This document shows, piece by piece, positions 1 to 9,864 of a stretch of DNA of 64,000 nucleotides (positions are counted from its first letter, which is position 1; every line of letters begins with the position of its first letter). The position numbers were made by a program, and so were the translations under genes. The notes beneath the pieces were generated by a model that saw only the letters and a list, made by a program, of their open reading frames with translations, made no database searches and was not told where the DNA came from. This stretch comes from an uncultured Verrucomicrobiae bacterium (lineage in GTDB: Bacteria > Verrucomicrobiota > Verrucomicrobiia > Limisphaerales > JAFGQR01), in contig CAWBHS010000100.1 of NCBI GenBank assembly GCA_963788655.1, positions 31,278 to 95,277 on the forward strand. The letters run 5' to 3'.

Positions 1-19
1 GCCCGATCAAGCTCACGTC

Positions 20-157
20 ATGGTAACCATTCAAACCGACGTTCCATCACCAGCGGAAAGCGAACGCGCCACTTGGCTAAAGCTTTCCGAAGACGCACTG
101 ACGAAAACCTGGGATAATCTCGACGACGAAGTTTTCAATGAGCTTCTCCCGAAATGA
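20..157 (+). CDS. Putative small antitoxin (45 aa) of the downstream MazF/PemK toxin
   Basis: Own translation MVTIQTDVPSPAESERATWLKLSEDALTKTWDNLDDEVFNELLPK. The acidic W..SE..L...WDN..D motif resembles short antitoxins found ahead of PemK-like toxins. Overlaps the toxin start by 20 nt. Below the ORF-track size cutoff. Confidence 0.6.
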   Translation: MVTIQTDVPSPAESERATWLKLSEDALTKTWDNLDDEVFNELLPK

Positions 158-455
158 GGTCATCCTGTTGCCGATTCCCTTCACTGACCTGACCAGCCGT
201 AAAGTCCGGCCAGCGGCTATCATTGGCTTCAGTAGTTACGCGGGCGACCTATTTGTTGCGCCAATATCTTCACAGCAGCAGAATGTGGACTTGGTGCTCC
301 AGGATTGGCAAGCAGCCGGATTAAATGTTCCGTGTGGCATCAAGTCGCAGCTTGCCACCATCGAAAACCGACTGGTCGTCAAATCGGTGGGATTCTTATC
401 GGCGAGAGATCGGGCTGCCCTCGACCATCGCCTACGCGGCTGGTTGCAGCTCTGA
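138..455 (+). CDS. Type II toxin, PemK/MazF family endoribonuclease
   Basis: N-terminal VILLPIPFTDLTSRKVRPAAII matches the PemK/MazF P(F)TD...K.RPA motif; 105 aa. Confidence 0.85.
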   Translation: MSFSRNEVILLPIPFTDLTSRKVRPAAIIGFSSYAGDLFVAPISSQQQNVDLVLQDWQAAGLNVPCGIKSQLATIENRLVVKSVGFLSARDRAALDHRLRGWLQL

Positions 456-530
456 TGACGGTGCGGTGAATCGCAGAGCGCCTGCAGATCGGCGCGTGGC
501 CAATGTGAATGCGTTGCTGCGTCTCTGGCT

Positions 531-1418
531 TCAATTGGATTCCCGGGGCACGCCGTCGGACAGCGACACCGACGCCCAGAACAGATCGTGATCGGATGCC
601 GCCTGGCTGGGAATCCTCCCCGCCTCTTGGACTTTAAATTCACCGCTCACCAACACATGGTCGATGATTCGACGGGATTGGTCGGGATACAGACGGTGGT
701 AGGTGTCGGTCACCGGAGCCGGATTTCGTATCCGCACACCGGCGTCATTTTTCAAAAGGGTCTTCCCGTAAAGAAAGGTCATGGTTGGGCTGGACTCGGT
801 GGTGTTAAAATCTCCGGTAAGAAGGTGCGCCCCAGCTTCGCTGGCCATGCGTTCGGCCAGCCGCACCGCGCTGATTTGCCGGGTCGGGCCCTGGCTTCGG
901 TGGTCGAGATGAAAATTGTAGATCGTGAACTGGCGGGCCGTTTCCCGGTCCTCCAGTCTTGCCCAGGTGGCGCTGCGAATGCCGATGTTGGTCCCTGGCT
1001 TTTCCGGTTCGGCGTTGAGGGTAAACGCACCCGAGGCCAGTACGTGCAGCCGGCTTTTCCGGATCAGAATTGGATTGGTGTTGTTGGTGGCCGCATGAAA
1101 AATGAGCGTGTAGGCCGTCAGGCCCTCTGCCAGACCGCGCTGCTGTTCGGGCGAAGCCTCTTGCAGCCCCACAATGTCCGGGGCGGCTTCTCGCAGGAGT
1201 TGAATCATGGAGGATTCGCGCACTTTCCAGACGGGCAACGCCAAATTACCGGCGCGGATTCCGTTTTCCTCCCACATGATATTGAAGGTGGCAATCTTCA
1301 AGACCGGGGTGGCCGCCACCGCCGGATCGGGCGTTCCCAGGAGCGCCACTGCCGCCCATAGAAAGAATGGGATTTTCCTAACCGAATACGCCCAGATGGA
1401 TGCCAGCAGCTTTCTCAT
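531..1418 (-). CDS. Endonuclease/exonuclease/phosphatase (EEP) family protein, secreted
   Basis: Motifs ATFNI, DIVGLQE, NFHLD, GDFN, IDHVL, SDH; N-terminal signal peptide; start overlaps the upstream stop (TGATG). Confidence 0.85.
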   Translation of the reverse strand: MRKLLASIWAYSVRKIPFFLWAAVALLGTPDPAVAATPVLKIATFNIMWEENGIRAGNLALPVWKVRESSMIQLLREAAPDIVGLQEASPEQQRGLAEGLTAYTLIFHAATNNTNPILIRKSRLHVLASGAFTLNAEPEKPGTNIGIRSATWARLEDRETARQFTIYNFHLDHRSQGPTRQISAVRLAERMASEAGAHLLTGDFNTTESSPTMTFLYGKTLLKNDAGVRIRNPAPVTDTYHRLYPDQSRRIIDHVLVSGEFKVQEAGRIPSQAASDHDLFWASVSLSDGVPRESN

Positions 1419-2926
1419 CAGTTGTTCTCCTTGGGATTACTGGATTCGTGGGCCAGGTAAAGCACCGCTGGCCCATTGAACGGCGCCGTGAACTGTCGGT
1501 GACTGCCACCGCGCACTTTGCCAGCCTCGGTTGCTTTCGCTTGTGTCGGATCAAACCACTCTACCCGCAACTCACCTTTGGCGTTGGAAAGGTCAACCAC
1601 TATTTTCCAGCCGTTGGGAGCATAGACAAGATATTCCTTGCCGGGATTGGCCAGGCAATAGCCCGTGTTCGCCAGATCGCCGCGCGGGACCGCGTGGGCG
1701 AGATCCATGCATTGCGCGTACGCCCGGGCCTGGCTGACATTCTGTCGAATCCGGCGCCACTCAGGTCCCTCGGCATCCGGGCGTTCAAAGGGCTTGTCAT
1801 AAAGATTGAAATGATAACCCCGCGTGAAGGCGCTCCAAACAAATCCGGCATCATTGCTTCCGGCCGCAACGTGGTCCATATCGACGATTCCCGGCTTCCC
1901 GGTATGATTGGGCGGGGGATTTTTCCGGCGGTAGGCACCCGAGTTCCAACTGCCCGCCACGGCAAAGCAATCGGCCGGACTGGCGAGCAAAACATCGCGG
2001 GACATCTGATGCCACTGGCCCGTGCGGGTTCTTCCACCCGGTGACATTAAGACAAGATGCTGCTTGGGCTTGCCCTGTTCGTAGTCCTTGATGAACTCGA
2101 TCATCCGGCGCTGCCAGTCCGGGGCATACAGTTCGTTGGCGATCTCCAAGAATACATTGTCCAGAGGGTTGACCGTATTGATGACTTTTCGGACGTAGGC
2201 TCTTTGCAGGGTGAGAATCCGCTCGTCGGTGGTATAAAAGAACTCGATCCCCTTGCCATCGCCGTTGTCGTCCGTGTCGATGCCGTTGACGTTATTGGCG
2301 CGGTTGAAGACGTTACCGTCCCACAGCGTCTGTCGCGGCGTCCCGCAGGCCTCGCCCTCAAGGAAGCCATAGACCTCAAAAAGCATGATCGACACGTAAA
2401 TCCCTCGTTCCTGAAGATCCTCGCAACGACTCCGCATCCGCCGGAAGAACCGTTCGTCAAATTGATTCAGATCGAATCGGTTGCCGCCGTCACGGGCTTT
2501 TCCTTTACTCGCCACGCGCTGGTAAGGCATGGGAAATGCAATCGCCTGGTTGATCGGCGCCATGGACCCGCTCCCGGTGCTCCAGATGACCCAATTGCGC
2601 AGGTAATTGAAATGGTGTTCGCTCAGGAAGTCCAGGTAGCCGTCCCAGTCGAGCTTCCGCTGCCGGCTGCGGGTGAAGGGCTTGTTGAAGGAATTATCCT
2701 GCAAATCCACAAAACTTTGATGTCCGGCGAGGTAGATTGCCTTACCGCTGCCATCCGTGAAATAACGCGGATTTTCCGGATGGACCCGGAGTAGTTTCAC
2801 GGCGGCTGACGAACCTGCTGCGGCACGAACAGCCGTCTTGTCCTGGGCAGCCGAAGGATTGAGGCTCAGGAACACAGCGGAAAAAATCACACCGGCGGTC
2901 AATGCCTGACTGACTGAGTTTGCCAT
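1418..2926 (-). CDS. Secreted glycoside-hydrolase-like (DUF4038/DUF6298-type) protein with a C-terminal putative collagen-binding-type domain
   Basis: Signal peptide; LRVHPENPRYFTDGSGKAIYLAG; EIANE acid/base-like motif; C-terminal YCLANPGKEYLVY...VEWFDP...FTAPF. Confidence 0.65.
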   Translation of the reverse strand: MANSVSQALTAGVIFSAVFLSLNPSAAQDKTAVRAAAGSSAAVKLLRVHPENPRYFTDGSGKAIYLAGHQSFVDLQDNSFNKPFTRSRQRKLDWDGYLDFLSEHHFNYLRNWVIWSTGSGSMAPINQAIAFPMPYQRVASKGKARDGGNRFDLNQFDERFFRRMRSRCEDLQERGIYVSIMLFEVYGFLEGEACGTPRQTLWDGNVFNRANNVNGIDTDDNGDGKGIEFFYTTDERILTLQRAYVRKVINTVNPLDNVFLEIANELYAPDWQRRMIEFIKDYEQGKPKQHLVLMSPGGRTRTGQWHQMSRDVLLASPADCFAVAGSWNSGAYRRKNPPPNHTGKPGIVDMDHVAAGSNDAGFVWSAFTRGYHFNLYDKPFERPDAEGPEWRRIRQNVSQARAYAQCMDLAHAVPRGDLANTGYCLANPGKEYLVYAPNGWKIVVDLSNAKGELRVEWFDPTQAKATEAGKVRGGSHRQFTAPFNGPAVLYLAHESSNPKENN

Positions 2927-3020
2927 GTTTGTTTTCGTCTTCACTTTGTTACGATGAATGGTCACCGTTGCGGCGGTAATGATCGATTAGTAGCATGGGC
3001 CACAGAATGGCGCCAGACCT

Positions 3021-3133
3021 GTAGCGCAAATTTGCAATCTGCCGCGCGCCACACCAACTCCCGCTGGCCTCGGAGCTACGGATGGCCTGCCGAATGCAAT
3101 TCGGCGATACAGCAGATTAAAAATCTGCGCTAC
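3021..3133. repeat. REP-like element with inverted ends (GTAGCGCA...TGCGCTAC)
   Basis: gtagcgcaaatttgcaatctgc ... gcagattaaaaatctgcgctac; a related copy lies at 43213-43323. Confidence 0.7.
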
Positions 3134-3265
3134 GGCAAACTGTAGCCCATCCGGCGCTCCCATCAGTAAGAACCGATTATAAAAATGTAACAGCCAACGT
3201 AAGGCTCATTCCGGCCAGTCAAAACACGCTTTTCCGAAAAAGGATGAGCCTCCTTATGTCGGCTG

Positions 3266-5638
3266 CTACGGACCGGCTGGCGTTCTTAAGACAGGCGCTA
3301 GTATCACCGCGTCAATGCCCGCACAGTAGCCGCTGGATTTGGCATTCTGGTCCACGGCTTGGAGACGCAGGATGTTCTCTCCTGGCCGGACTTCAATCGT
3401 TCCAAGCTCCACCGTCTTGGTGTCCACCTCCGGCGAGTAGGTGTCGAGGGAATCACTCAAGAGCGTGTCATTGAATTGCAGGCGAACCATGGCGTAGTCC
3501 CAAGAGGTCACCAACCGAAGTCGCAGGGCGTATCTACCAGGCTTCACAGAATCCACAAGAAGGAGATCGATAAAGTCTCCCGGCTGGCCCATTCGAATGA
3601 ACAACAAGCGTTCGGCTGAAAGCGGCGGAAAGGAGGTCACTCCCACGCGTTGCTTCGTCACGGTCACACCGTCACTTTTGGCTTTCGTCGTAAACTCTTC
3701 GGCCTCCAGGGCGCCTTCGATCCGAAAAGGATTGGGCCAGTTGCCGATCCATCCGCCAGGGTTACGACTATCGCCGTGGATGGAATAAACATCGAAACTC
3801 TGTGGATTGAACTTACCTGGTTGGGCATAACGATACGGTTGTTCCCAGGGATCAACTGGCAACTCCCTCACGTACGGCCAACGGCGTTCGGTCGCCTGCA
3901 AACGGTTGGGACAGCGCACCAGTTCTTCCAGGTTGCGCGGAGACTCGCCCAATTCCTTTTGGAATCGCTTAATGGCGGCATCCAATTTTCCAACGGTTTG
4001 CTGAGCCTGTTGCACCATGACCGCAAAACGCGCTTTCTCATCCGCCAGGTATTGCTGCATCTGGCCATAGAGGTCGTTCCACGGAACCCGACGCAGCGAA
4101 ATGCCATCCAAACGGCAGTTCAGCCCTGGTTCCTTGAAATTGTCCCCCCTGGCCAACGGATTTGAGCCAACGCATTCAAATCGAAAAACGTAGTCTCCCG
4201 CTGCCAGCTTGTGGATGCCGACCTTGTTCTCGAACCACGTTCCATACAGGAAATTCTCCGGACGATTCTCCTGCCAAGCCAGGTAGGGATCGTAGAAATC
4301 CATGGCCGGATCAAGCAGGATTTCTTCCCCCGAATTCTTGAGCGTCAGTTTCCAGATACCGCCACTGTGATACAGGCATTGAAAAACGGAAATCGAATAC
4401 GGCCATTCCTCCGCGACGTGGCAGGGGACTTCGAACCAACCGCCGACGCGGGAATTGTCCACATAAAGACCGCGCTTCAAATTGCAGACGCGGTTGCTGT
4501 GCCGCCGGACTGTTGTGCCGTCGGAAGAATTGATCTCGGACGCCATGTCCGCAGTTTCGAGAAAGATTTCAGGATTGATCCGCTCTTCAACCGGGGGAAA
4601 CCGATCCAACCGTTGGGCGATGTCTTTCTGATACCAGAACGCGACCGACGAACAGAAATCTGGTCGATATTTGAAGTCGTAGGTGGTTCGTTCGCCGGTT
4701 TCCGGATTCGTCACTTGCGCGTAACTGCGTCGTTCGATTTCCACTTTCAGCGATTTGCTGAATGTGACCGGTGCCTGGACGTGCCAACGGTAGGCAGTAA
4801 AGCGGCAGTCTTCGCCGTTGGGCTCTTTGATGGTCACGCCGGTGTTCGGATTGGCAAACAGCCGAAGATTCCAGGCATCGTTAAAAAAATCCTCGCAGCC
4901 CGTTCCCACAACGGAAGGCTCGGTTTCGCCATCAATGTAGAACCGGTCATCCGATTCGCCGAACCAACTGCCATAACTGCACTGGATGGAGAACACCGTA
5001 CCCACGTAATGTCCTTCCCCCTGACCTTGAAAAATGACATACGGCGAAAACGGTTTGGCCGGGAATTCCTGACGATAGCGGGCATGAAAATACAGCATGT
5101 CGTCCGGCAAACGCGGCAGTTCCATCCAGTCGAACTGCCAATACACGGTCAATCGGTGGTCGCCTTCGTTGGTCATCTCGATCCGTGCTTCCCGGCGGAA
5201 CGGCATCCGCCAATAGCAGTTGAGCGCCCGGCCGTACGAGGTGACTTGGATCGGCAGCGTGTTCACGTTGGCGCGCGTTCCGTTGCCGGCGGCAAAGAAA
5301 TCGCCGATCGGCGTTTCCACCGACGGCACTTTCGCGCCGTCCCAGTAAATACGGAGCACCAAGGTGCGCGGCCATCGCCGGTCCTGCCCGGCAATGGTGA
5401 ACCATATATGCCGGATTTCCCCGGGGCCTTTGAGCCTGGTCAACTCGACCGTCTCGCCGGCAGCAATATGGTAGGCGTCCGCGTTCGATTCGGGATCGAA
5501 CAGGCCGCTGGAAGCCCGCCGTGCTTTGCCTTCGATATGCCGGGTGATTTCGGCGAGGGGATCATCGGCCAGAAGTGAGCGTAGCCCCAGTGTCAAAGCA
5601 ATTGCCAAAAGCAGGAATTCCACTCGCGGAGAATTCAT
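3266..5638 (-). CDS. DUF2961 (GH172-like) protein with an internal GspG/T2SSG-like domain and carbohydrate-binding-like beta domains
   Basis: GPGEIRHIWFT, LRIYWDG..PSVETPIGDFF, WFGESDDRFYIDGE, GTGCEDFFN are DUF2961 motifs; PVDPWEQPYRYAQPGKFNPQSFDVYS...IGNW is GspG-like. A start at MNSPRVEF gives a signal peptide. Confidence 0.8.
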   Translation of the reverse strand: MNSPRVEFLLLAIALTLGLRSLLADDPLAEITRHIEGKARRASSGLFDPESNADAYHIAAGETVELTRLKGPGEIRHIWFTIAGQDRRWPRTLVLRIYWDGAKVPSVETPIGDFFAAGNGTRANVNTLPIQVTSYGRALNCYWRMPFRREARIEMTNEGDHRLTVYWQFDWMELPRLPDDMLYFHARYRQEFPAKPFSPYVIFQGQGEGHYVGTVFSIQCSYGSWFGESDDRFYIDGETEPSVVGTGCEDFFNDAWNLRLFANPNTGVTIKEPNGEDCRFTAYRWHVQAPVTFSKSLKVEIERRSYAQVTNPETGERTTYDFKYRPDFCSSVAFWYQKDIAQRLDRFPPVEERINPEIFLETADMASEINSSDGTTVRRHSNRVCNLKRGLYVDNSRVGGWFEVPCHVAEEWPYSISVFQCLYHSGGIWKLTLKNSGEEILLDPAMDFYDPYLAWQENRPENFLYGTWFENKVGIHKLAAGDYVFRFECVGSNPLARGDNFKEPGLNCRLDGISLRRVPWNDLYGQMQQYLADEKARFAVMVQQAQQTVGKLDAAIKRFQKELGESPRNLEELVRCPNRLQATERRWPYVRELPVDPWEQPYRYAQPGKFNPQSFDVYSIHGDSRNPGGWIGNWPNPFRIEGALEAEEFTTKAKSDGVTVTKQRVGVTSFPPLSAERLLFIRMGQPGDFIDLLLVDSVKPGRYALRLRLVTSWDYAMVRLQFNDTLLSDSLDTYSPEVDTKTVELGTIEVRPGENILRLQAVDQNAKSSGYCAGIDAVILAPVLRTPAGP

Positions 5639-5797
5639 GTATCGAGTTGAAATCGATCTCCGGATTGCGCTCGATGCCCAACCTGTTTTTGAGGGATCGT
5701 TGAGGTTCATTGGGGCAGAGTCGCGACCATCAGCATTTGCGGCAAGTTGGAATTTCATCTCGAAGTTCCCCTTAAGCCGTAATGCTCCAGTCAACAA

Positions 5798-5919
5798 GGG
5801 GAGCGCGCCCTCGCCGGTTGGCCGCGCGACTGAGCAGTCACTGAACAGTGAATCCCTTGGGACCTTCGAAAGTGGTTGGCGAGGCGCCAACCACAGCGCC
5901 CGAGGCGGGGGCGCTCCCC
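5798..5919. repeat. REP-like element with inverted ends (GGGGAGCGC...GCGCTCCCC)
   Basis: ggggagcgcgccctcg ... cgaggcgggggcgctcccc, intergenic. Confidence 0.55.
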
Positions 5920-6055
5920 TATCGCAATTGCGCGGATACGGTTCACGCAGCCACTCCCAAATAACCGAAACGGCTGTCCCGCGTGATCAGACAGCCGTTT
6001 CGGGAGTTTGATTGAGGTCGGCAGCCGCAACGGATGCGGACTCCGCCCCGTCCAT

Positions 6056-6965
6056 TCACCGCCCCGCCGGTTCCAAAAGAATGCGGAAGAATTGCACGTT
6101 GGACTTGGTTTCCGGTTTCAACTCGTAGGTATTGCTGGGCGGTGTGGCCTTGAGGCCTGACTCGACGGCTCGGAAACGGTGCATGTCTTCGCCGGCTTCA
6201 ATCGTGTACGTGCGCCCTTCGAAACTGGTCCAACTCAGCAGCACACCGTCCGCCTTGTGGACAACTTCGAGGTGCAGGTTGGACGCGGCATCGGTGGGAT
6301 CGGAACCCAAGGCTTCTTCGCCCTGGGCGTTGACGCCGTCCCCGTCGTTGTCGTCCGAGTAGAAGACCTCTTTGGGATCTTTGAAATACTGTTCTTCCCA
6401 GCGGTCTTGCAGGCCATCGAGATCCTGGTCGTCGCGCGTGGGCGAAACGGGATCAAACACTACTTCACCTTGTTGGGCCTCCAAAACAGCCCCCTGGATC
6501 GTCACGAAACTGGCAAACTCGGCCGGCCGCCCAATCGCCACATTGAATCCCGGCGTATCGGTGCGCAACCGGCTGAACACTACGGTGCCCAGCAAAACGC
6601 CATTGTCCAGCACGCCCGACTTGAGGATCGCGCGCGTCCATTTTGGCACCGAGGAACAAGACTTCGCCGGGATGGGATGCATCGGGCGCCTGGTAAGGAA
6701 TGTCGCTCGTTCCGTCGGACAAATACCAGACCGCGCTGTTCCGCGTGGCGCTGACGACATGCAGCAGGTCCGGATCGTAGAACACTTTGCAGGTGAAGCT
6801 CACAATCGGGTCGGTGGTGATGTCCGCCAAAATTTGGGCGGTGACGAATTCCCCGGACGACGATGCGACGCCGTAAACGCGTACCATGGCGTGGGCGGAT
6901 ACCGTTCCCAATAGACTGGCCGCCAGGATCAGGCCGCACACCGCAGGGCTTACTTTTGTTTTCAT
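6056..6965 (-). CDS. Secreted cohesin-like domain protein with Asp-rich Ca-binding repeats; frameshift near 6620
   Basis: MKTKVS signal peptide; SFTCKVFYDPDLLHVV...GEVLF...GVLLGTVVF is cohesin-like; DQDLDGLQDRWE/DNDGDG...GSDPTD repeats. Two ORFs join across one indel. Confidence 0.6.
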
Positions 6966-7012
6966 AGTTTGTCTCCGTAAAGTTTCGCTGGTTGTCAGTT
7001 GCGCACGCTCCC

Positions 7013-9584
7013 TCAAGGGGTAGTCACGCTCACGCAGTTGGTCTGGCCGAATTGCGATCCGAAGATGGCCAGATCGGCTCCATCCACGTCGCCGTCGCCA
7101 TCCAGGTCGGCAGCGCAGGCCGAAGTCGCGCCACCGCCGCCTCCGACGCTGAGGAAGTAGTGGTCGTTGAAGGTGTCCCAATAAATGTGGTTGAATCCAT
7201 CGGTGGTGCGGGCCCAAACCCGCAGGCGGAATTGATACGAGCAACTGGTCCAGGGCGTCAGGGCCCCGGTGCCATGGGCGGGCACGGAACTGGTGATGAA
7301 TGACGTGACCCCGTTCCAGGTAGGACGCGAGCTGTCATTCGCGCCGGCGTATTGGTCGGCCGCGATCACGCCGGCGTTATGGTTCCGGCCATACAGCGCG
7401 TCGAGCGTGTAGTTCCGCACAAAGCCATCCGGATGGGACGCGGTGATTTCGAACTGCACTTCTTGCTGGTCGGTGAGCAAGGGAATGAATCCGCACTCCG
7501 GGATGACGTTGCCGAAATGGTCGCGCACCGAGTCGATGGTGGCCGTCACGCCTTTGTTGTCCACATACACCGTGATCCGGCTCAGGTCGTTGGGCGGCAG
7601 CGAGACTTCAATCGGAATTCCCAGAAACAGCCAGTAGCCTTTGCAGATCAGATCATAGCGGCCGTCCGCGACCCCGTGCGTGTTCCAGATAATCTTGAGG
7701 TCGGGGTGCGCCCAATAACCGGAGTCCGGTCGATCCGTGCGCAGATAAAGTCCATTGGCGTCCGGTCCCACGTTTTCGAGCGAGGTGGTGACGGTACCGC
7801 CGGAATGGACGGTGTATTTGATCTTGGACAACGGATCGGTGATCGGTTGGAAATCCCCAGGTCCCGGCGGCGTGTTGCCGTTCCATTTGCCCGCGTAAAC
7901 CCGGTAGTAATGCACCGCCGTGTCGCTCATGCCAAACAGCCCGTGAATCCAGAGGTTGCCGCCGAAGGGCGCGTCTTTGTACTGATAAATTTTCAACGCA
8001 CTGGCGACTGCGGGCGACACATTGGCCAGCCCGGCCAGTGAACCGCCTTGCGTGATTTCCGAGGTGGGAATCTTGCCAATGTTGTTGAACAGGAAACCGC
8101 TGGTGATGGCACTGCCCAATCCCGGCAACAAACCGGTCGGGCCACCGAAAGCCCCCATGTCATTACGCGAGCCATCATGATCGTTGTAAATCGGCGCGGG
8201 GTCGCCGGCGTCGATGCAGGGCGAACCTTCCAACAGCGCGAACGGCGGACTGGCGGTGGCATCGAAGAGTGGGTCGGCCGAAATGTCGCCCAAGCCCGGC
8301 GCCGCCACGCCCGCGGATTGGGAATCATAATCATGCCATCGGTTGTTCCAGACGTCGTTGAACGAAATCTGCGGCACGGAACTGTGGCTGGCGGAAATGC
8401 CCGTGCTGTTGCCCGTGCTGATGTTGTTTTTGATGATGGCGTTGGCGCCCGCGTAGCACCAGATGCCTTCGTCGTTGTTGTCCACGATGGTGTTGTTGAT
8501 AATCTGCGCGCCGGTCGAGTTGGTCCAACCGATGTAAATCCCCGCGCCGTTGTTGCTGACCACCACGTTGTTGGCGATCAGCGGCGTCGAGTGCAGACAG
8601 ATAATCCCGTAATCCAGATAACCGTCCCCCAGGTTGCCATTGGCTTGCACAATGTTATTGCGCACGATGGCGCTGCTCTCGGTGTAAATCTGCACGCCGT
8701 TACGGTTGCCGATGATCCAGTTGTTGCCGAACAACACGTCACCGCCCCGGATGTCCACCCCGGCGTCGCTCGTGCCGGTGCCGCTGCCGGTGATTTTGAA
8801 GCCTTCGAACTGGCAATTGGTCACGTTGATCGCGCTGACTACGCTGCCCGCGCCAGTGCCGTTCAGGATGGTTTCACTGAAACCGGCGCCCATCACGCTG
8901 ACCTCGCTCCGCAGGTGCAAATCTTCCGTGTACGTGCCGGGATCGACCATTACGGTGTCACCAGGCGACGCCGCATTGATGGCGGCCTGAATGGATTCCC
9001 CGCCCGCGACAATCAAGGTGTCCTGACCGGTGACCGTGATGTTGACGCCGTTGCGCCGGAACGTGCTCAGCGGCGGGTTGGTGCCTGCGGTCTGTACCGA
9101 CGGAGGTGCAACCGCCCGTGAAGCCGGGCACGGAATAATACAAGGTGGTGCCCGGCGCGTTATCCAATGACATGGAAAAGCAAATCCGGCTGCCCTTGGC
9201 GATGCGTGTCGAGGGGAACACAAACGTCACGGGTTCGTTCTGGGGATAGGTTCCGGTAATCGTGAAGTTCGCGGTGGAGGCGGCCAGGACGGTGCCGTCG
9301 TAGGTGTTTTTTCGCACGGTCAGGGTGACGCTGTAATTGCCCGTGTCGGTGGAGGAAAACTCCAGGCGCACCGAGTCAAGGCTATTGCCCGGGTAGGTGG
9401 GAAGGTAGAAACCGCGGTCATAAAAATCACCGCCCGGCAGGCCCGTGCAGGAAAGCAAGGTTTCGGCCAGACCGGCAGCGCCACTCAACAGGAGGGCGCA
9501 GGCGACGACGAACGCCTGAACGCAGGGGTTCCGGCGGTATCGATTGAATTGGCATTGGGATTGGGGCTCAGTTTGCGATTTCAT
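7013..9584 (-). CDS. Secreted right-handed parallel beta-helix protein with a C-terminal dockerin-like motif; frameshift near 9100
   Basis: SIQAAINAASPGDTVMVDPGTY; NNxIxxN repeats; DPLF...SPCIDAGDP...DMGAFGG; C-terminal CAADLDGDGDVDGADLAIFGSQFG. The signal peptide lies in the 8958-9584 ORF. Confidence 0.75.
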
Positions 9585-9864
9585 AGTTCAACGGTGTTGA
9601 TTGGTTGTCATCCAGTTTGGAACCGGATCCGATTCGTTCGTTTGTTTCTATGGTGTAAAGAAGAAGCCGCCACCGGGGATTACAGGAAAAATGCAACGAC
9701 CGGGGTTAAATTCGAATATGATTGCAATTTGAAAGCCCACGAATAGCCTCAGTGTGCATGAGCCTGGAAATTCGTGTCGAGTTCGCGGGGCCGTCCGGTG
9801 AGGGACGCAATGCAGTAAACTCAGCAGAGTTAGGTTGGCCGCTCCGGCGCGGCTTTCGAAAGTC

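Noticed and set aside
3735..4010. Type II secretion gene gspG
   Set aside because: An internal domain of a larger ORF, with no prepilin cleavage motif and no other gsp genes.
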